Shown here piece after piece: positions 45,364 to 55,385 of a stretch of DNA of 64,000 nt. A model generated the notes under the pieces. It saw only the letters and a program-made list of their open reading frames with translations, was not told where the DNA came from and made no database searches. The translations under genes were made by a program, and so were the position numbers. How positions within the stretch are numbered: the first letter of the stretch is position 1; each line of letters starts with the position of its first letter. This stretch comes from a virus. The stretch is taken from positions 32,001 to 96,000 of the IMG/VR virus record IMGVR_UViG_3300001683_000016; one strand, given 5' to 3'.

Positions 45364-46533
45364 ATGGCACGAAATTACGTACGAACAATAACAGACATGG
45401 AAAGATACTACTATGGAGCAGGTAACGCAATGGGTTACTCATACTCAGGTAGTGAATTACTCAAGGCCGACAGCCCTATGCTGTCAACAACAGGTGGTAC
45501 ATACCAAGCAATCTACGGTCGCAAAGTATGGTCACAATTAAATCAAGAGTTTAACGCATTCTCTATCCTACCAAAGAAACCATGGGACCGAAGTGGATGG
45601 CGAGTTATCACCGATAGACCGAACAGCGGAGCAATTGCTGGTAGCGGTATTGCTGAGAACGGCACACTACCTGAAACTATTAAACCAGCGTTCCAACATG
45701 TGGCAGCAAAACCTAAGACTATCGCTCACACATTCGATATGTCTGAAACTGCTATCTTCCTTGCTGACAAGGATGACGGAATGGGCGACATACGCTCAGT
45801 CATGAAAGAGGAAATGGGTAAACATCACGCAGAAGTCATCAATAAGATGATGTGTGGTGACGTTGACACAGTAGCAGGCAACAACTTCGAGTCTCTTGAC
45901 CGAGTTACTGCTGGATATGCTGCTGGTGCTGCATCTAAGACTGGACTAAGTACAGACGGTGATGCAATAAACGCAAACGGTGACCTAGACATATACAGTA
46001 TTAGCAGAAGTGCAAACACATGGTCTAACGCTGAAATGAGTGTAAACGCAGTAGGTGGGACGCAAACCGATAGAACACTTTCTCTAGACTTATTAGATGA
46101 GATGTTCCAAAAGATGTGGATTCGTGGTGGAAACCCGAAAGTTATGTTAACTGGATATGATACTCTAATGAGAATCCAGCAACTTCTACAATCACAACAG
46201 AGGTTCATGGAAGAGAAGAGAGTCACCCCTACCTATAACGGTGTAAAGGGTGTACCCGGAATCGAGGCTGGTTTCATCGTAGCAACATACAACGGTGTAC
46301 CAATCATTCCTACAAAGAACATGGCAACAGACACATTATCAAGAGTTTACTATCTAGATACAGATTACCTACACTTTAGCACAGCAATTCCAACACAATA
46401 CTTTGAGAGTGGAATCGAAACTGGTGACCCATTTGCAATCAACAGATTAGGCCAAGAAGGACTATACCGTACCATGGGAGAACTATGGACAACTTTCTTC
46501 GGAGCACAAGGGAGCGTAAGAGACCTCAAATGA
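45364..46533 (+). CDS. Major capsid protein (HK97 fold)
   Basis: Position and size; VWSQLNQEFNAFSILPKKPW, GIAENGTLP, ESLDRV, ATYNGVPII, GSVRDLK resemble archaeal tailed-virus MCPs. Confidence 0.9.
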   Translation: MARNYVRTITDMERYYYGAGNAMGYSYSGSELLKADSPMLSTTGGTYQAIYGRKVWSQLNQEFNAFSILPKKPWDRSGWRVITDRPNSGAIAGSGIAENGTLPETIKPAFQHVAAKPKTIAHTFDMSETAIFLADKDDGMGDIRSVMKEEMGKHHAEVINKMMCGDVDTVAGNNFESLDRVTAGYAAGAASKTGLSTDGDAINANGDLDIYSISRSANTWSNAEMSVNAVGGTQTDRTLSLDLLDEMFQKMWIRGGNPKVMLTGYDTLMRIQQLLQSQQRFMEEKRVTPTYNGVKGVPGIEAGFIVATYNGVPIIPTKNMATDTLSRVYYLDTDYLHFSTAIPTQYFESGIETGDPFAINRLGQEGLYRTMGELWTTFFGAQGSVRDLK

Positions 46534-46567
46534 GGTTGTCTTGGAGATAATAAAGGAGTGAATGAAT

Positions 46568-46963
46568 ATGGCAGATACATTAACATTAGGCGGAACAGCG
46601 ACAGCGACATTAGTAGGAGCATGGGAACTCAGAGCGGGTTCTCACGACACTACTGAATGGTTAGATGGAGCAGCAGACACATCCTATCCGGGTGGAGGTC
46701 CGGGTACATTCAGCGCAGTAAATAGCGATGGAGCAAACGGATACGACCCAGCACCAAAGATGGCATTAATTAACGTAACAGGCGGAGCAGATGGCGAGAC
46801 AATCATCCTCTCCGGTGGAGCATCAGCAATCCTGAGCGTTATGGCGACCGATGGAGGCACAGCAGCAGTAGCAGTTGGAGCATCTTTCACAGCATTAACT
46901 GCGACTCTACAATACCTAAGTGGCTCATCAAACGTTACAACAGTAATGATACTATACAACTGA
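46568..46963 (+). CDS. Putative capsid decoration or minor virion protein
   Basis: Follows MCP; Ala/Gly/Thr-rich beta composition. Confidence 0.55.
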   Translation: MADTLTLGGTATATLVGAWELRAGSHDTTEWLDGAADTSYPGGGPGTFSAVNSDGANGYDPAPKMALINVTGGADGETIILSGGASAILSVMATDGGTAAVAVGASFTALTATLQYLSGSSNVTTVMILYN

Positions 46964-46973
46964 GGTGGTTTAA

Positions 46974-47402
46974 CTGCCCACTGTAACATTTGTTGGTAAT
47001 CTCTACATGAGGCCTAATACAGACCCCTCTATGGGCGACTGGATTAGAGGTAAACCTGTAGAAGTTACTGAGGATTGGTTAGTTGCTAATAAGAGGCAAT
47101 TAAAACCGTCCTTATTTACAATAGGTGGAGGATTAGACTTACTAAACGATGGACTACCCGATGTAGGCTGGATAAAAGCAGATATAGTCAAATGGTTAAA
47201 ACAACAAGGTGTAGAAGTATCTAATGGATACAAAACTAAATCCTTATTGTTGTCAATGGTGGATGATGTTTTAACCCCAGCCCCTGTCGAAGAAGTTGTA
47301 GTCGAAGTCGCCGCTGAAATTGTAGAAGAGATTGAAGTCGTAGAGACTCCAATTGAAGAGGCAGTTGTTGAGGCAGTAGAAACAACAGAACAAGAAATTT
47401 AA
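46974..47402 (+). CDS. Virion-module protein, probable CTG start
   Basis: GAGGTGG SD 5 nt before an in-frame CTG giving (M)PTVTFVGNLYMRPN; acidic tail. Confidence 0.6.
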   Translation: MPTVTFVGNLYMRPNTDPSMGDWIRGKPVEVTEDWLVANKRQLKPSLFTIGGGLDLLNDGLPDVGWIKADIVKWLKQQGVEVSNGYKTKSLLLSMVDDVLTPAPVEEVVVEVAAEIVEEIEVVETPIEEAVVEAVETTEQEI

Positions 47403-47416
47403 GGAGATGAAAAAAT

Positions 47417-47695
47417 ATGGCATTTAGTAGTACAGAAGATAACAGGACACACGTATTAGGCGACCTAATGTTGGTTACCGGAGATTGGAACGCAGCAAGC
47501 GTAGCGACAGGCACAATAGTAACTGGCCTATCAGATATACTTGCTTGTGGAGTAACGGGCGACACTTTTGGTGACGTTACAGGCGGAGGCGTAGATGGGG
47601 CATTTGTAATTGTCGCAGACGCAGCACCCGGCTCACTAGTATTGGATTGTGTGGCTAGTAATACTGGCTCTTGGTGGGCACTAGGAAAGCGCTGA
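47417..47695 (+). CDS. Small virion protein
   Basis: Strong SD; beta-rich composition. Confidence 0.65.
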   Translation: MAFSSTEDNRTHVLGDLMLVTGDWNAASVATGTIVTGLSDILACGVTGDTFGDVTGGGVDGAFVIVADAAPGSLVLDCVASNTGSWWALGKR

Positions 47696-47711
47696 TAAGG
47701 CGGTGACCTAA

Positions 47712-47906
47712 ATGGTAAAAGCAATACAAGTAATTGGACCTTACAGCCCTAGAGATTTCTCCGGGGCAGGTAATAGTGGCGCATTAAGCACCGCTATGAC
47801 TACTGATATCGAAGCATTAACTGGCTATGCTAGTGCTAAAATAATCTCAGTCGAGCCAATCACAGTATTAGGAAATATATTTTTAGTAATATATCAGAAA
47901 GCATAA
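47712..47906 (+). CDS. Small virion-module protein
   Basis: GGTGA SD; ORF track. Confidence 0.6.
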   Translation: MVKAIQVIGPYSPRDFSGAGNSGALSTAMTTDIEALTGYASAKIISVEPITVLGNIFLVIYQKA

Positions 47907-47925
47907 TAGAAGGTGGTGTGAGTGA

Positions 47926-48225
47926 ATGTCAGGATTCGAGTTACAAACGCTTGATATTGACGACATAAGCAGAGCACAGAAACAAACAGTTCGCGCAGAT
48001 ATTACATACGACGCTCATACAGTGAATACAGACTCGCCTTTGAGTGGTATCATTACTAAACAGAGGACAAGAACGAGTGAACTCGCTGATGTACTCGATA
48101 TAGGAGCGGGTACACGGTGTACTCATTGTGGAATGTTACATTTTCTATGGAGAGCAACATGCGGTGCTTGCGACAAACCTATGGACTATAATCTCGGTAC
48201 ACGTAACGAGGAGGCGAGGTTGTGA
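47926..48225 (+). CDS. Zn-ribbon protein
   Basis: CTHCG...CGAC. Confidence 0.7.
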   Translation: MSGFELQTLDIDDISRAQKQTVRADITYDAHTVNTDSPLSGIITKQRTRTSELADVLDIGAGTRCTHCGMLHFLWRATCGACDKPMDYNLGTRNEEARL

Positions 48226-48263
48226 GTGCATTCAACAAGGCTTGGGCTGTGGAGGGTAACTGA
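48222..48263 (+). pseudogene. 13-codon 'empty tag' mini-ORF (MSAFNKAWAVEGN*)
   Basis: GTGA overlap with the upstream stop and TGATG overlap with the downstream start; matches tag N-termini MSAFTKSW and FNQAW. Confidence 0.55.
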
Positions 48264-50071
48264 TGCCACAAGTATTCAGTCCGGGTGAAGGCGAGACAAG
48301 ACCTCTTGACCCAACAGCAGTCGTTTATACCACAGCACAGAAAGTTGCTGATTTATTAGACATAGGCCCACAAGAAGCGGTGGTTGCCTCATATAATAGC
48401 GATAATAACGGCGTGTATGTTACTGGTGCTGATTATAGAAATATTGGATTCTCTTCAGGAGACGTTATACTTGTTTATTCAGATGCAGACCCAATGGGAT
48501 TTGAAAAAGAAATTGGCGCACCTACAACAAGCATCAATGGTGTAAAATTACCTTTTGCTAGTGGTACTGTTACCGCATCAGATTATCAAACTGCTGATAA
48601 CACTTACATTCAGAATCAAGCCTCTTTCTCTAATGGTAGAACACGAGGTGTTACGAAAAGTAAGGTTGAGGGTATTATACTTCGTATGCAAGACCACATA
48701 GACAATAGAACCCATAATGCTTGGAGACCTTATCTTGTGCAAGCAGAATACATTAATTTCGATACATACAAGCCGTATAGACGTAGATACTACACAGATT
48801 ATGTAGGTACAGCGCCTCTATTATTTAGAAATGTACAACAAATATTACGTCTTGAACTATGGCAGGGAGACGATTATAGAGAAATAGCAGCGGCAGAAGT
48901 GCGTTTACAAATTCCTGAAACGGTACAAGGAGTCACAGGCTCTATTGTTCTATCACCGGGTAACGGTACAGCAGCGACATTAACAATAGGTACAGGTACT
49001 AATCAATGGAGGTCTGCTTTTGATAAGACTACAACTGCACAAAACCTTGCTGATTTAATTAATAAAGAAGATAGAGTAAGTAAAACATCTGTGGAGTTCT
49101 CGCCCGCTTTCAAATTAGAAGGTGATGCTGTGAACAATGTAGGAGTACATAATGAGTTTTTAGCATCTGCAAATTCAGATTATGGTACAGGGACATTAAA
49201 AATTACAAGTATGAGAGATACAAAAGGTGGAGAGACTTGTAGTATTGTCTCAACAATTCCCGGTGTAGGAATAAGTCAAACAGGGTCAGCATCAACAACG
49301 TTTTCTAGTTTAAATGGTACTACTATTACAGTAACTAGTACAGGTACTACTGATGGTAGTGTTACATCTTTTAGTACAATAGTTGGAGGTAGTGGGTATA
49401 CTGCTGCTAATAACGTTACTACAAGCGGTGGTACAGGTTCAGGTCTTACTGTAAATACTACTGTAAATAGTGGTAGTGTTGAAAGTATAGTGATTGATTC
49501 ACCGGGTACAGATTATGCTAATGGAGACGTAATTACAATAAATGGAGGTACTGCAACATTTACGGTGTCTGCTGTTTCTTCCAACGGTTTTGTAGATGCT
49601 GGTGTAGTTATAGATAGTAGTGGAGATGTATTCAGTTATACTGGTAAAACAGCCACTACATTTACAGGATGTACAGCGGTACTAGGTTCTTTAAGCGCTA
49701 TTACAGGCACTCTTACTCAACATAAATTAATTATAGATTTACACGGCGGTAGTTCTAGTGGAGATAAAGGTCGTTTGCGCGATTGGTGGATGGATTCGGA
49801 AATGGGTATTATTTACTTTAACAACTCATATCCTTTCTTTGAATGGAACGCAATCAAAACATCTTACATTTATGGCGAGAGGTATGTAGACAAGGCTATT
49901 GAAGATATATGCACTAAAATGGTAGCCATTGACTTACTCTTAAGTGATGATAGAAGTGTACTCATACCTGAAGGTACACAGAATGTAGACATATCGTCTA
50001 AGATTCAACTTTACAAAATGGATATAGAAAAGACATTCCCGCGTTATATAGAGGTGGTTGCCTTTGAGTGA
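48263..50071 (+). CDS. Head-tail adaptor/neck protein with inserted beta-rich domains
   Basis: YTTAQKVADLL...IDNRTHNAWR...SYIYGE...IEDICTKMVAIDLL adaptor-like frame around Thr/Gly-rich inserts. Confidence 0.6.
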   Translation: MPQVFSPGEGETRPLDPTAVVYTTAQKVADLLDIGPQEAVVASYNSDNNGVYVTGADYRNIGFSSGDVILVYSDADPMGFEKEIGAPTTSINGVKLPFASGTVTASDYQTADNTYIQNQASFSNGRTRGVTKSKVEGIILRMQDHIDNRTHNAWRPYLVQAEYINFDTYKPYRRRYYTDYVGTAPLLFRNVQQILRLELWQGDDYREIAAAEVRLQIPETVQGVTGSIVLSPGNGTAATLTIGTGTNQWRSAFDKTTTAQNLADLINKEDRVSKTSVEFSPAFKLEGDAVNNVGVHNEFLASANSDYGTGTLKITSMRDTKGGETCSIVSTIPGVGISQTGSASTTFSSLNGTTITVTSTGTTDGSVTSFSTIVGGSGYTAANNVTTSGGTGSGLTVNTTVNSGSVESIVIDSPGTDYANGDVITINGGTATFTVSAVSSNGFVDAGVVIDSSGDVFSYTGKTATTFTGCTAVLGSLSAITGTLTQHKLIIDLHGGSSSGDKGRLRDWWMDSEMGIIYFNNSYPFFEWNAIKTSYIYGERYVDKAIEDICTKMVAIDLLLSDDRSVLIPEGTQNVDISSKIQLYKMDIEKTFPRYIEVVAFE

Positions 50072-50396
50072 TACAGAAAAAATAGTCTACGATGAGTGGA
50101 AGAAAACTATAACTGCTGAATTAAGTAATAAAGAGTATCAAGCAGATTTACAAAAGGCAGTCACAGAAGGTCCGGCTGAATATAGAGAGGCTGTAGAACG
50201 TTCTGAAAGAGGAGAAGAATCCAAAAACATGAGCATTGAGCAAGAATCTGCGATGAAAGATAGAGTCAATAGACGAATGATGACGGAATCTCCCGGTCTT
50301 ATGGAACATAAACTCAAGAATGATGGTGGTAAATTAGTACCTGATTTCAAAGCCCATGAGCGAGAAAAACGTAAGAAGGAGTTTGCTAAATGGTAG
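50058..50396 (+). CDS. Neck-region hypothetical protein
   Basis: ORF track. Confidence 0.6.
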   Translation: MPLSDTEKIVYDEWKKTITAELSNKEYQADLQKAVTEGPAEYREAVERSERGEESKNMSIEQESAMKDRVNRRMMTESPGLMEHKLKNDGGKLVPDFKAHEREKRKKEFAKW

Positions 50397-50839
50397 CGAC
50401 ATTCGATGAAGGTATTGATGTAGTACTTGATGTACTCAAAAATAACTGGACTAGAGGTAACACTAACAATTACAAACCTGTGATTATTGATATAGCAGAT
50501 GAAAGTCCTGAGCGTGGAAAAAGACTTGACCTTGATAGAACAGATTATGTAATGGTATTTGAAACAGCACATAACGAAGAGTTACCTGAAATGCTTTATG
50601 ATTTTGTCACTACAAGAATCAACATTACAGTAGATATGCGTACCACTAGAAGTCGTGACCAACTAAAAAAGATGGAGAACGAACTTAGAAGGTGTGTGCA
50701 TCTAAAAAGAAAGGGTGATGGTGTGAATTTTGACAGACTTGTTTATAAAACCCGTACCGATTTATCAGATAGAAGCAAAAAACTGTATAGAATGACCTTT
50801 CAGATAGAAGTTGTTATCTTTGCAGAACTAATCCCATGA
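50390..50839 (+). CDS. Putative tail completion/terminator protein
   Basis: Size and position directly before the tail tube gene. Confidence 0.55.
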   Translation: MVATFDEGIDVVLDVLKNNWTRGNTNNYKPVIIDIADESPERGKRLDLDRTDYVMVFETAHNEELPEMLYDFVTTRINITVDMRTTRSRDQLKKMENELRRCVHLKRKGDGVNFDRLVYKTRTDLSDRSKKLYRMTFQIEVVIFAELIP

Positions 50840-50853
50840 GGTGAGAGAGAGCC

Positions 50854-53154
50854 ATGCCATCGACAGTATACAAGGGTGATTTGTCCGAAATAACCTTCGG
50901 ACACGAAACAGGAGTAAGATTAGAACACGGATATGCTGGCTCATTTAAGTTCACAGCATCCTTTGACCCGAATGACCCTGCACCCGCCAATGCCCCACAC
51001 CAAGACTTAGTGAAAGACACTAGTGTAATCGTGTTGAGTGGTGGAACTGAAGATAGCCCTGTGTTTAGTGGAGTATTGGAATATCCAAACGGAATGTTAG
51101 TTGGTAGCAAAGTCATTTTCACAATAGCATCGTCTAGCCCTAATTGGAGTACAGATGACGATTACGCAGTATCAGGTAGAATGTATACTATAATCAAACA
51201 GGAAGTCTCAGATGATACGACCGGCCAAAATAACAACAAGACTGAGATTACGGTAACACCTGCATTAAAGACAGACCATACAACAGCAGACAAAGATTCT
51301 AAGGCTAATGATGTAATGACTATCTTACCTTTTACAACACCTGCAATTGATGTGGGTATGGAACACGCTGATGCAGCAAACGCATCTGCTGAGAGTGTAT
51401 TGACTGACCAATTCGTTGGACTGGTAAGCACCGTTGCTCTACCTGAGACTAAAGTAGACCTCAAGAGATACCATGTCGTAGGACTTGGTAGAGATATAGC
51501 AGTACAAGTACCGGGCAGATTTACTAATACCGGTGGCTCGTTCGAGTGTAACATACACAATGGTCGCTGGTTCTATTATTGTCTAGGCCACGAAGTTGTA
51601 AGTGCACCGGAAGTTAGACAAGATGGGCATGGAAGTGATACATTCAAACTAGTTGGAACGCATTATTCAGGAGATTCTTATATTAATTTTGACGGTACGT
51701 TAGCAAACGGTAATGCGGGGAGCACTAATCCAGCAATTAATTCTGTGAATGTAGGCGTAGGCGACTACATTTTCTTACTCGGCGGTGACAATACAGAAGG
51801 TGTTGACAAAGTAGATGTGCAGAGTTACAGAGATACAAATGTAAATGCGGAAGTTTTTACAAACGCTACTTGCGTTACTACTAACACAGATGCTAGTATT
51901 ACAATAGATAGTACTGCTAAGTTGATTGTCGGAATGTCTGTTTCCGGTACTGGTATACCTACTGGCGCTACTGTATCTAGTGTGAGTAATGCAACTAGTT
52001 TTGAGTTAAGCGCAAATGCTACTGCCTCTAACAACCCTATCACTCTAACTTTTGACCCAAGAGATATTTCTGCATGGCCGAATGTAAATGCTACACAGAT
52101 AATTGACAAGGCTATGAAAGAAGAAGCAAGAAGAATAGTAGCCATTACTGTAACTGGTGGGGTCGGTAAAGTTTGGTTAGATGACCCTCTACAATTCTCG
52201 TATGAAGATAATACAGTAGTAGAGTTTGCTAGATATGCAGCAGACGATAGTAACGGTAGTCCACATAGAAACACAACCACAGGGGCAATCACTAAACCAG
52301 TCAGTCATTTATTCTTCTCTCGTACAACTATTCCTTCATTTGCCATGGAAGTTAGCATTAGAAGAAGAGACATAGACAGTAACGATGGTGCTACCGATGG
52401 CGGTACAGGAGATTCAAAACAACTAACACGTGTCTTTAGAGGTTGCAAGGTGAAAGATTGGGCGCTTACCACAGACACAGACGCTGCTCTAAGATTGACA
52501 GCAAATTTTGATTCGGCTCTATGTTACACGGATACAGGAAGATTAGAAGCAAGTAACAAGGGAGACCGATATAACACTCACAGACTTTTCGAGGATACTG
52601 CTAATACAGAAGTAAAGAGAAAGATTTCAGGTATTGGTAAAGGGACTCAGAAACCATTTATGTTTTACAACGGTTCTATATCTATGTTAGGTACAACATT
52701 GGGTCAAGTTGTCTCATTCACATTAAACGGTAAGACTGGTGTAGAGCAGTACTATACTATTGGTGCGGCTAACATAGCAAATAGTGCTACCGACCAAGTG
52801 CCATTTGCTGGTACACGTAACCCTACACTAGCAGTAGAGGGTAAAACAGAGTATGACCTTGAAATGGAGATAATCGTAGACGACCCATTATTCTACCATA
52901 ACATGCGTAGAGCAGTTGAAAACTTTGATGAAACAGACGAGACTGAACAGACAGATGCTGACATGATACGTTTATCTTTCACAAAACAAGTATCTAGCGG
53001 TACGGCAGAATCTATTGACATACTAATGGATGATTATTACATCGTTGAAGCACCACTACCCGTACCTGAGGATAAAGGACCATTGAGGGCAAAACTAAAG
53101 ATTCTACCTAAATCAGTCAAGGTTATTGCTGTTGATACAGTTATACACGCTTGA
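50854..53154 (+). CDS. Major tail tube protein with inserted accessory domains
   Basis: Position before chaperones and TMP; PSFAME...RVFRGCKV, VSFTLNG; inserted GMSVSGTGIPTGATV beta domain. Confidence 0.65.
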   Translation: MPSTVYKGDLSEITFGHETGVRLEHGYAGSFKFTASFDPNDPAPANAPHQDLVKDTSVIVLSGGTEDSPVFSGVLEYPNGMLVGSKVIFTIASSSPNWSTDDDYAVSGRMYTIIKQEVSDDTTGQNNNKTEITVTPALKTDHTTADKDSKANDVMTILPFTTPAIDVGMEHADAANASAESVLTDQFVGLVSTVALPETKVDLKRYHVVGLGRDIAVQVPGRFTNTGGSFECNIHNGRWFYYCLGHEVVSAPEVRQDGHGSDTFKLVGTHYSGDSYINFDGTLANGNAGSTNPAINSVNVGVGDYIFLLGGDNTEGVDKVDVQSYRDTNVNAEVFTNATCVTTNTDASITIDSTAKLIVGMSVSGTGIPTGATVSSVSNATSFELSANATASNNPITLTFDPRDISAWPNVNATQIIDKAMKEEARRIVAITVTGGVGKVWLDDPLQFSYEDNTVVEFARYAADDSNGSPHRNTTTGAITKPVSHLFFSRTTIPSFAMEVSIRRRDIDSNDGATDGGTGDSKQLTRVFRGCKVKDWALTTDTDAALRLTANFDSALCYTDTGRLEASNKGDRYNTHRLFEDTANTEVKRKISGIGKGTQKPFMFYNGSISMLGTTLGQVVSFTLNGKTGVEQYYTIGAANIANSATDQVPFAGTRNPTLAVEGKTEYDLEMEIIVDDPLFYHNMRRAVENFDETDETEQTDADMIRLSFTKQVSSGTAESIDILMDDYYIVEAPLPVPEDKGPLRAKLKILPKSVKVIAVDTVIHA

Positions 53155-53163
53155 GGTGAAATA

Positions 53164-53937
53164 GTGTTACCAACTGCTGTTAAAAGAGTTCAATTCTACT
53201 CACGCAATTCTCATGAAAAATATGTCTATTGGCTAATTGATATTGTCAAAGTACCATACGATGAGGCTTTGTTAAAGACTAATTCTAGAAATGTCGTAGA
53301 TGCGATGGTTGTTAAAATGATACACGAGGGTAAAACCATTACAGAGACTACTGTACTAGCGCCCATAATTCGAGAAATAGAAGATGTTACAGAAGATACT
53401 GTAGTAGAACCTATAGTAGAACCTATACTAGAAGAAATAGAAGAGCAGATAGAGCAGATAGAGCCGTCATGGGTTGAATCCGCTAGAGACGCAATAGGTG
53501 ATGCGGTAGACGGTGTTGTAGATGAAATACAAGAGAAGGTAGAAGATGCTATTGATATTGTTGAAAATGTTATTGAAGATACAGTAGGATTTACTTTTGA
53601 TAAACCTGCTGAAGTTACTGAGGAAATGATGATAGTCCCCGAAGAGGAGAATCCATTTGGTGGTGAGGTTGATTATAATTCTTACACCATAAGAGAACTC
53701 CAAAAAGAATGTAAGGCAAGAGGAATTACTATTCGTGGCACTAAATCAGAGGTAGTGTTAAGGCTACGACACGATGACATAGGTATTGTCGAGCGACCGA
53801 CACAAGGTGTGACAGATGCCCCCTCGCAAGAGGCTGCTGACGTAACGCCGGATGCCCCCTCGCAAGAGGCTGCGACCGAGGAAGTGACAACAAATGACGA
53901 TAGTAGACAAACAGAACTTACTGACGAAGAAGAGTGA
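53164..53937 (+). CDS. Acidic protein with SAP-like domain
   Basis: YNSYTIRELQKECKARGITIRGTKSEVVLRL; duplicated DAPSQEAA (23-nt direct repeat at 53815 and 53851). Confidence 0.7.
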   Translation: MLPTAVKRVQFYSRNSHEKYVYWLIDIVKVPYDEALLKTNSRNVVDAMVVKMIHEGKTITETTVLAPIIREIEDVTEDTVVEPIVEPILEEIEEQIEQIEPSWVESARDAIGDAVDGVVDEIQEKVEDAIDIVENVIEDTVGFTFDKPAEVTEEMMIVPEEENPFGGEVDYNSYTIRELQKECKARGITIRGTKSEVVLRLRHDDIGIVERPTQGVTDAPSQEAADVTPDAPSQEAATEEVTTNDDSRQTELTDEEE

Positions 53938-54256
53938 ACAAAGGCACGAAATCCGTGTAGACAAAGAAAATCCTGATTTAATGATGGAAGTATGGGTTAG
54001 AGAATTAACTTTCTTTGACGTACAAAAAGCCGCACAAAGTATGTTTCAGATGGATGGCGATGACATATCGCTGAATCTAGAAGGATACTGGCGTTACGCA
54101 TTTTCAAATTGGGTAGTTAGAACTAACCCTGAATTAACCGTAGATGATATGATGAACCTAAATGCATATGTCGGTCAACAAATTGCCTCTCTATTACCAA
54201 AGCCCGATGAACTGGCGGAGGCAATGCAGGGGGGTTTTACGAAAGCGAACAACTGA
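53894..54256 (+). CDS. Tail assembly chaperone (gpG-like)
   Basis: Upstream of TMP; slippery G GGT TTT at 54232-54238. Confidence 0.75.
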   Translation: MTIVDKQNLLTKKSEQRHEIRVDKENPDLMMEVWVRELTFFDVQKAAQSMFQMDGDDISLNLEGYWRYAFSNWVVRTNPELTVDDMMNLNAYVGQQIASLLPKPDELAEAMQGGFTKANN

Positions 54257-54531
54257 GAGTTCGGCAATTTCTAAAGAAAAAGGTAATAAAAAATCCTGAT
54301 GATTTAGAAATGCAGATGCAGTTGTTCGCCTACATCGTAGCGAAACATTACAGCATATCGCTGTCTGAGGTATACCATATGAGTGAAGGCGTGTTCAAAC
54401 AATCCCTATCTTGGGCATTGGCTATTAATGAAGAAGAGCGTCTCGCAGAGAAGAAGCAAGACCTCGAAAATAGAACCGATAGTAGCGATGTTGTAGACTT
54501 CGATTATACATTTTTAGAAGGAGAGGATTGA
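54232..54531 (+). CDS. -1 frameshift extension of the tail chaperone (gpGT-like)
   Basis: The -1 frame is open from the slippery site (GFYESEQLRVRQFL...) into ORF 54310-54531. Confidence 0.75.
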   Translation, partial: GFYESEQLRVRQFLKKKVIKNPDDLEMQMQLFAYIVAKHYSISLSEVYHMSEGVFKQSLSWALAINEEERLAEKKQDLENRTDSSDVVDFDYTFLEGED

Positions 54532-55385
54532 TTATGGCTCTAGGTGCATTACTCAATTCTTTGGCTTCTATGACTAGTTCTCTAAGCAGTATAGGTAACA
54601 TAATGAGTTCATTAGGTAGCGCCGCATCTAAGATAGGTGAGGCTTTAGGTAAAGCCTTTAGTTTTGCAAAAAAGAAAGCAAAACAAGTATTTGATGAAAT
54701 TAAAGATGCATTTGAGTCTTTGACGGTTGTATTAAAGTTGGTGTGGAATGCTACTGTGATACCTATGTGGAGTTTGATGAAAACTGCTATGATGTTTTGG
54801 GTTAACTTATTTTCAGGTGAGTGGGGCAAAGCCCTAGATAATGTCAAAACGATATGGGGCGCTACATTTGGTAAATTATGGAGTGGGTTAAAATCTGCCG
54901 CAGGTAAAGCATTAGGGGGCATCAAGACTTTATGGGGTGTTATAGTTGGTACTATGGGTACTATATTCGATGCTACTATTGGAAATGCATTTGATAAATT
55001 AAAATCAGCAGCACAAGGTGTATTTGATACAATAGGTAGTGCATGGGATACTGTCACATCTGTTATGTCTACCATATATGATAAAACATTAGGTAGAATA
55101 TTTGATGCAATAGGTGGTGCACTCAAAGGTATATTTAACTTCGGTAAATCGGTAGTAGGTGGTGTAGCAGACCTAGGTAGTGGTGCTATAAATGCCGTTA
55201 CAGGTGGTAGTGGAGATAGTGATTCACCTTCTTCGGGTGGCAACACGTTCAATATGACATTCAATTTAAGTGGTCTTACAGACCGTACAGATAAAAGAGA
55301 ATTGGCGAGAGAAATAAGTGATTTGATACAACAAGAATTGTCACGTAGTTCAGGCGGCGGTGGAAGAATTGGAAGGGGATACTGA
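54528..55385 (+). CDS. Short tape measure protein
   Basis: Amphipathic W/F periodic repeats (GEWGKALDNVKTIW, AWDTV); follows the G/GT chaperones. Confidence 0.7.
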   Translation: MIMALGALLNSLASMTSSLSSIGNIMSSLGSAASKIGEALGKAFSFAKKKAKQVFDEIKDAFESLTVVLKLVWNATVIPMWSLMKTAMMFWVNLFSGEWGKALDNVKTIWGATFGKLWSGLKSAAGKALGGIKTLWGVIVGTMGTIFDATIGNAFDKLKSAAQGVFDTIGSAWDTVTSVMSTIYDKTLGRIFDAIGGALKGIFNFGKSVVGGVADLGSGAINAVTGGSGDSDSPSSGGNTFNMTFNLSGLTDRTDKRELAREISDLIQQELSRSSGGGGRIGRGY

